A stretch of 64,000 bases of DNA from Candidatus Avamphibacillus intestinigallinarum. Lineage in GTDB: Bacteria > Bacillota > Bacilli > Bacillales > Amphibacillaceae. The stretch lies in contig DVIO01000104.1 of assembly GCA_018711205.1 (NCBI GenBank), positions 1,652 to 65,651 of the forward strand, in the 5' to 3' direction. Shown in pieces: positions 58,755-64,000 of this stretch. The notes beneath the pieces are model-generated. The model ran no database searches. It was not told the DNA's origin and saw only the letters and a list, made by a program, of their open reading frames with translations. Numbering within the stretch: the first letter of the stretch is position 1; each line of letters starts with the position of its first letter. A program made the position numbers and the translations under genes.

Positions 58755-59948
58755 ATGCACGTCATTCATGAACAAATTGAACAGAAAATCCCTCCAATGA
58801 AATGGGCGACGCAATTTGCATGTAACTTGTCGTTCATCATTATTGGGATTGCAACGGTATTCATGCCTTTTTATCTCGTCACAACATTTGATCATTCAGG
58901 TTTTTATTTCATATTACTACTAGCTCCCTTAGGAATTTGGCTTGCCGTTTCACTAGGAAAGCAGCTCCCAAAGTTGATTTGGGACAACACCCATTTAGAT
59001 GAAGCAGCATTGTTTCAAGATCAAATTCGTTTAGTGAATTGGAAGAAAAATGCCGCACAACCAAGACAAGAAACGAGTTTATCTTTTTCAGATATTGATT
59101 ATGCTGTGGTGACATTTTATTTATCTAAACATACAGGAAATAACCAAGCATTATATCCACAGGTCATCTTCGTACAAAAAAGACATAATCGTTTAGCCTA
59201 TCATACGGTACGCTTTTTGGATGATGATGGTATTAATCATTGGCTCCTTACTACACAAGAAAAACAAATCCCATTGTATTTCTCCGCAACCATGCCTGTC
59301 ACGTTTACAGAGGAAGAGATGCAGTTTTTTCTACAGAGTGATCAGGAACTGATGCCCTTCACTTTAGAGAAAAGCTGGTTAGTAGAAGATGCTAAAATTG
59401 TTCATGCTTGGGATGAATTTTATTACAGTGAAGACGATACAGATTTTCAAAAAGAAACAGAAGATGGATTAAGTCCACAACCGAAGATTTTAACGAAAGA
59501 AAATTATGAGAAAAAACAAGAAGCTATGGAACAAAGTGAAGCTGCAATCAAAAATTCCGAAAAGAAAAAGCGACTGCATCAAACGGACTTTATCAATATT
59601 GGTTATATTCTTGCTACATTGTTTATCTTAGCTGTCTTAGCAAAATTAGACATCATTAATGAATACAGTAGTTTATATGGGCATATATTAATCGTTACCC
59701 TAAGCTTTCTATACTTTAATCGCTTAAGAGAGCAGTTAAGTGCTTTATACATTATACGTTTTTGGATTTTTAGTGGCGCATTATTGTTTGTCGTCGGTGT
59801 CATTGTCGCTGAAATTGACGATACGATATTTGAAGTCACCATGAATTACTTACTTGCTTCCCTTTTATCTTTAGCTTATTTATGGATCCCCTTTTTCATC
59901 ACGAATGCACTCGCTAAGAAGGATCAGCAACATACAAATGAGGAGTGA
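58755..59948 (+). CDS. Hypothetical polytopic membrane protein (2 TM - soluble module - charged linker - 4 TM)
   Basis: 397-aa ORF, AGAGGTGA RBS, sigma-A promoter upstream; translationally coupled to next ORF. Confidence 0.65.
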   Translation: MHVIHEQIEQKIPPMKWATQFACNLSFIIIGIATVFMPFYLVTTFDHSGFYFILLLAPLGIWLAVSLGKQLPKLIWDNTHLDEAALFQDQIRLVNWKKNAAQPRQETSLSFSDIDYAVVTFYLSKHTGNNQALYPQVIFVQKRHNRLAYHTVRFLDDDGINHWLLTTQEKQIPLYFSATMPVTFTEEEMQFFLQSDQELMPFTLEKSWLVEDAKIVHAWDEFYYSEDDTDFQKETEDGLSPQPKILTKENYEKKQEAMEQSEAAIKNSEKKKRLHQTDFINIGYILATLFILAVLAKLDIINEYSSLYGHILIVTLSFLYFNRLREQLSALYIIRFWIFSGALLFVVGVIVAEIDDTIFEVTMNYLLASLLSLAYLWIPFFITNALAKKDQQHTNEE

Positions 59949-59952
59949 AGTT

Positions 59953-60402
59953 GTGCATTTTTCAGCGAAGAAGGATAAAACCTATTTAAGTATCATGGGG
60001 CTGTTAAGCTTATTCATCTTTGTGAGCTTAATCTTACCCCTTATCACAAATACAGACTGGACCGTCCAAACAGCCGTCATAAGATGTGTTATATTCGGAG
60101 GAAGTATCGCTTTCGTGTCATGGTTTATTTTATCGATGAGCTATACGTTTCATGAAAACCACCTTCTTGTAAAAGGTGCCTTTATTCAAAAACAGATTCC
60201 ATATGATCACATTACAAACGTTAGACACATCGATGGAATATCCGAAATGCTTTCGGGGTTTCAATTATTAACAGCTAAAAAAGGATTAGAAATTTCTTAT
60301 AATAGTGGCGTAGTAGGTAGCGTAAAAATCTCCCCGCAGGATGAAGAGGCATTTTTAGCTGAATTAAAAAAGCGTGAGCCACATGTTAACATCGTTTCAT
60401 AG
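59953..60402 (+). CDS. Small membrane protein with bacterial PH-like domain (2 TM + PH)
   Basis: 149 aa from GTG 59953 (GAGGAG RBS inside upstream stop region); topology and HENHLLVKG...I.Y..I motif resemble bPH-family proteins. Confidence 0.6.
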   Translation: MHFSAKKDKTYLSIMGLLSLFIFVSLILPLITNTDWTVQTAVIRCVIFGGSIAFVSWFILSMSYTFHENHLLVKGAFIQKQIPYDHITNVRHIDGISEMLSGFQLLTAKKGLEISYNSGVVGSVKISPQDEEAFLAELKKREPHVNIVS

Positions 60403-60412
60403 TATTTTACAT

Positions 60413-60462
60413 AAAAACACTCCAGATGCTCGTGAAATTTCACAAACGCCTGGAGTGTTTTC
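60413..60462. terminator. Bidirectional terminator (PH-domain gene / fni)
   Basis: AAAACACTCCAG/CTGGAGTGTTTT stem with inner GTGAAATTTCAC palindrome. Confidence 0.85.
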
Positions 60463-60467
60463 ATGTA

Positions 60468-61499
60468 CTAGCCTAATATTTGAATACGTTTTGTCTCTTT
60501 TAAAGCGTTGATATCGGCTGCTCCGATTCCAAACATAGCAATTTTCATTTCAAATTCTATTTGTTCCATCACTTCTTCAACAGAATCCGTTGAGATCGTT
60601 GCTGCTTCTAACAACTTACGCGCAAACCCGACCTTATCTGCTCCGAGTGCAATAGCTTTTGCAGCATCATGACCTGTCTTCATACCACCACTTGCAATTA
60701 AAGGAATATCCGGTAACACATTACGAACGGAACGTAGGCAATCTTTGGTTGGGATACCCCAATCATTGAATGCTTCAGCACTTCGTTTACGGAGTGGATC
60801 TCTGGAACGTAGCTTTTCAACCTGACTCCAAGATGTCCCCCCTGCACCAGCAACATCAATATAAGCAATTCCTGCATTCGTTAGTTTTTCAGCCACAGCC
60901 CCATCAATTCCAAATCCAACTTCTTTTGCACCTACTGGGACAGTCACTTCTTTACATACTTGTTCAATCTTAGAAAGCAATTGACTAAAGTCTAAGTCGC
61001 CACCATCTTGAATCACTTCTTGTAATGTATTCAAATGCAGCACAAGTGAGTCTGCACCTGTTTTGTCTACAATTTGTTGGCATTCTTGTGCACCATAACC
61101 ATAATTCAGCTGGACTGCACCTAAATTAGCGATTAAAGGCGCTGTTGGTGCATGTTTTCGTACTAGGAATGAGTCATGATGTGCATGACTTTCTAACAAG
61201 GCACGTGTGGAACCAAGCGCAATAATCCAACCTCTTTTTTCAGCGGCTTCAGCTAAATGCGTATTAATCTCATTCGCAAGCGATGATCCACCTGTCATAG
61301 AACTAACGAGAAAAGGGGTCTGTACTTGTTTATCAAAGAAATTAGTGGATAGATCAATTTTGTTAAAATCAATTTCTGGTAGTGCATTATGAATAAATGA
61401 TACACCTTCTAAACCGGTTGATTTATTCACCCCTTCTACCTGTTCAGTTAAACATAATTCAATATGTTCTGTTTTACGTTTATTAATTCCTTTTGCCAC
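60468..61499 (-). CDS. fni: Type 2 isopentenyl-diphosphate delta-isomerase (FMN-dependent)
   Basis: RKTEHIELCL N-terminus, SSMTGG, ASGG..TG and VAGAGGTSW motifs. Confidence 0.93.
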   Translation of the reverse strand: MAKGINKRKTEHIELCLTEQVEGVNKSTGLEGVSFIHNALPEIDFNKIDLSTNFFDKQVQTPFLVSSMTGGSSLANEINTHLAEAAEKRGWIIALGSTRALLESHAHHDSFLVRKHAPTAPLIANLGAVQLNYGYGAQECQQIVDKTGADSLVLHLNTLQEVIQDGGDLDFSQLLSKIEQVCKEVTVPVGAKEVGFGIDGAVAEKLTNAGIAYIDVAGAGGTSWSQVEKLRSRDPLRKRSAEAFNDWGIPTKDCLRSVRNVLPDIPLIASGGMKTGHDAAKAIALGADKVGFARKLLEAATISTDSVEEVMEQIEFEMKIAMFGIGAADINALKETKRIQILG

Positions 61500-61526
61500 A
61501 CGGCCACATCCTCTCTACATTTACAT

Positions 61527-62348
61527 TTATTGGAGATGCATTTCATTTGGTTCTTTACCTTGACGCTCCCCACGATCAAGTGTTGCAATCTCTTCCATAT
61601 CCTCTTTCGTTAATGCAAAATCAAACACATCAATATTTTCTTTAATACGTGATGGCGTTACTGATTTTGGTATGACAATTGTTTCGTTTTGTAAATGCCA
61701 TCTTAAAATAATTTGAGCAGGTGTTTTTTGATGTTTAGTTGCAAGTGTTTTAATCACTTCGTCTTCCATAAGCTTCCCTTTCATTAAAGGAGCCCATGCT
61801 TCCACGTGAATATCATGTTCTCTACAAAATGCTTTTAATGCTTGTTGTTGTAAGTATGGATGACATTCAACTTGATTCAGAACTGGTGTGACATCACACT
61901 CTTTTAAAAGACGTTCTAAATGTTCAATATTAAAATTACTAACGCCAATTGCTTTTACTTTTCCTTCATTATATAGCTTCTCTAATGCTCGGTAGGTTTC
62001 AATATATAAATCAAAATCTGGACAAGGCCAATGAACGAGATATAGATCCACGTATTCTAATCCAAGTTTCTCTAATGATGCATCAAATGCTTCAAGTGTT
62101 TTTTCATAGCCTTGATGAGAATTCCATACCTTTGTTGTAATAAACAAGTCTTCTCTAGGAATATCAGTTTCTTTTAGAACATTTCCTAGTGCCTTCTCAT
62201 TTTCATAAAATTGCGCTGTATCAATTGCGCGATAACCAGATTCTAAAGCCGCTTTAACAGCTCGTTCGATCTCTTCTTCAGTCACTTTGTAAACTCCTAG
62301 ACCTAATTGCGGCATTTTCACACCGTTATTTAATTGTACATAATCCAT
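61527..62348 (-). CDS. Aldo/keto reductase (YtbE/YvgN-like)
   Basis: LNNGVKMPQLGLGVYK start, DTA..Y.NE, LVHWP, GVSNF motifs; start ATG 62348. Confidence 0.9.
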   Translation of the reverse strand: MDYVQLNNGVKMPQLGLGVYKVTEEEIERAVKAALESGYRAIDTAQFYENEKALGNVLKETDIPREDLFITTKVWNSHQGYEKTLEAFDASLEKLGLEYVDLYLVHWPCPDFDLYIETYRALEKLYNEGKVKAIGVSNFNIEHLERLLKECDVTPVLNQVECHPYLQQQALKAFCREHDIHVEAWAPLMKGKLMEDEVIKTLATKHQKTPAQIILRWHLQNETIVIPKSVTPSRIKENIDVFDFALTKEDMEEIATLDRGERQGKEPNEMHLQ

Positions 62349-62446
62349 AACAGCTTCATCCCTTTCCCTATTTAAAATATCATTCAACATTAAAAATCAC
62401 TAAAAAAACCTATGATTTTATAAGGTACTGTGGTATTCTATCAATA

Positions 62447-62474
62447 TGTTAACCATAAAAATAATAGGTAAACA
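62447..62474. promoter_or_regulatory. BirA-type bio operator candidate
   Basis: Inverted repeat TGTTAACC-N12-GGTAAACA (1 mismatch) 22 nt upstream of bioY start. Confidence 0.6.
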
Positions 62475-62496
62475 ATAAACAATGGAGGTTTTCAAC

Positions 62497-63102
62497 ATGA
62501 AAAATAAAAACCCTGCTTTTAGTTTAACATTTGGCGCCTTATTTGTCGCTTTAACTGCAATTGGCGCAAACATCACGTCAATCGCACCCTTTTTCGTTGT
62601 AGGTGGGGTACCGATTACATTACAAACCTTTTTTGCAATTTTATCTGGTCTTGTACTCGGCAGCCGACTTGGTGCTTTTACAATGTTTGTATACATGGCA
62701 CTTGGTCTAGCTGGCGCTCCTGTATTTGCACAATTTAAAGGTGGCGCAGCTACAATTTTAACACCGACTTTCGGCTTTATCTTATCTTTTATTTTAATTA
62801 GTTATGTAGCAGGCAAAATAATTGAAAGAAAAGCAACGCTACCATCCTATATTACAGCCGCTTTAATCGCTATGGTTCTGAATTATGTCATCGGAACAAA
62901 TTGGCTATATGCCAGTTATCTGTTTTGGTTTGACGCACCAGGAGACTTTTCTTACAAAATCGCATGGCTATGGATGATGGCCCCACTACCAAAAGATATT
63001 GCACTTAGTGTATTAGCTGGGGTATTTGCGTTTAGATTACAAAAACAAGGCATCATGCTCCCTAGTTTAAAACAACAACAATTAAAGGAGGAAGTTAAAT
63101 GA
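62497..63102 (+). CDS. bioY: Biotin ECF-type transporter S component BioY
   Basis: ~200 aa 6-TM, VP(I/F)TLQ motif; ATG 62497 behind GGAGG; upstream BirA-type operator; overlaps bioB start. Confidence 0.9.
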   Translation: MKNKNPAFSLTFGALFVALTAIGANITSIAPFFVVGGVPITLQTFFAILSGLVLGSRLGAFTMFVYMALGLAGAPVFAQFKGGAATILTPTFGFILSFILISYVAGKIIERKATLPSYITAALIAMVLNYVIGTNWLYASYLFWFDAPGDFSYKIAWLWMMAPLPKDIALSVLAGVFAFRLQKQGIMLPSLKQQQLKEEVK

Positions 63103-64000
63103 GTAAATGGCACGAACTTGCAACACAAGTATTGGAACAGAATTATGAATTAACTGAGACAGATGCACTCAATATCTTAAATGCGCCAGATGATGATATT
63201 TTAGATATTATGGCCGCTTCATATAAAATACGAAAAAGGTATTTCGGAAATAAAGTTAAACTCAATATGATCATCAATACAAAAACAGGATTTTGCCCTG
63301 AGAATTGTGGTTACTGTGCACAATCGATTGCAGCAACGACACCTATTCAAAAATATACAATGATGTCCAAAGATCAAATCATTGCTGGTGCTCACCGGGC
63401 AAGTGAAATGAATTCGGGAACATATTGCATTGTAGCGAGTGGACGTGGTCCAACAAATCGTGAACTTGACACGGTTACAAGTGCTGTTAAAGAAATTAAA
63501 GATCGTTATGATGGGATGCGTGTCTGTGCCTGTCTTGGTATTCTAAAACCCGGACAAGCCGAGAAATTAAAAGAAGCTGGTGTCGACCGCTACAATCATA
63601 ATATCAACACATCAGAACGCCATCACGAAAACATTACAACAAGTCATACATATCAGGATCGTGTTTCTACAGTGGGCAAAGTGAAAGATGTCGGTATCTC
63701 CCCTTGCTCAGGCGTCATTGTAGGTATGAAAGAAACAAAACAAGATGTCTATTACATGGGACAAGCTTTAAAAGAACTTGATGCTGATTCCATTCCTGTT
63801 AACTTTTTACATGCTATGGAAGGTACGATGCTTGAAGGTACAGATGAGCTCCATCCAGTATATTGTCTAAAAGTACTCGCTTTATTCCGTTTCATGAATC
63901 CAACGAAGGAAATTCGTATTTCCGGAGGTCGTGAGGTGAACCTACGTAGTATTCAACCACTTGGATTATATGCAGCCAATTCTATCTTTATTGGTGACTA
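63099..64000 (+). CDS. bioB: Biotin synthase (radical SAM), 3'-truncated by window edge
   Basis: Open frame from ATG 63099 (MSKWHELATQ...) to window end; CPENCGYC radical-SAM motif. Confidence 0.93.
   Translation, partial: MSKWHELATQVLEQNYELTETDALNILNAPDDDILDIMAASYKIRKRYFGNKVKLNMIINTKTGFCPENCGYCAQSIAATTPIQKYTMMSKDQIIAGAHRASEMNSGTYCIVASGRGPTNRELDTVTSAVKEIKDRYDGMRVCACLGILKPGQAEKLKEAGVDRYNHNINTSERHHENITTSHTYQDRVSTVGKVKDVGISPCSGVIVGMKETKQDVYYMGQALKELDADSIPVNFLHAMEGTMLEGTDELHPVYCLKVLALFRFMNPTKEIRISGGREVNLRSIQPLGLYAANSIFIGD

Noticed and set aside
1-64000. Search for tRNA, rRNA, CRISPR arrays, transposases, integrases, prophage or defence-island genes
   Set aside because: I saw no cloverleaf-like or rRNA-like segments and no regularly spaced direct repeats. 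Every long ORF is accounted for by housekeeping or transport functions. MazEF is the only classical toxin-antitoxin pair, and it sits in its conserved chromosomal position.

Overview
The window is an AT-rich chromosomal core segment from a low-GC Firmicute (Bacillaceae-like). All calls rest on reading the ORF translations, recognisable motifs, remembered B. subtilis homologues and gene order; no searches were run.

The first ~18 kb is colinear with the B. subtilis ydb/ydc region. On the minus strand it reads cshA-ydbS-ydbT, then ydcA on the plus strand, then acpS-(nnr)-ydcC-alr-mazE-mazF-rsbR-rsbS-rsbT-rsbU-rsbV-rsbW-sigB-rsbX-tex. A 5'-truncated katA sits at the left edge.

The remainder is housekeeping and accessory metabolism:
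- typA
- a CssRS-like two-component pair divergent from an HtrA protease
- csp, trhO, gpx, an archaeal-type proS, pdxK, cwlK
- an Ehu-like amino-acid ABC importer
- murB
- a complete histidine locus: hisJ divergent from hisZGDBHAF(IE)C
- a Fur-box-preceded yclNOPQ-like siderophore importer
- fni, an aldo/keto reductase, and bioY-bioB behind a BirA-type operator

I found no tRNA, rRNA, CRISPR array, transposase, integrase or prophage genes.

Several track ORF starts were moved to RBS-supported starts. Two small ORFs missing from the track were added: a 48-aa sigma-B-driven ORF and a 40-aa YtzI-like ORF.

I see no convincing novel multi-gene system. The observations most worth a second look are:
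- two related nested palindromic (MITE/REP-like) elements sitting in convergent-gene terminator slots
- three consensus sigma-B promoters plus one antisense candidate facing mazF
- terminator-then-RBS arrangements after csp and trhO and in the proS leader
- an unusual 142-bp hairpin-containing spacer splitting rsbT from rsbU
- an uncharacterised divergent trio of membrane proteins at 58.1-60.4 kb
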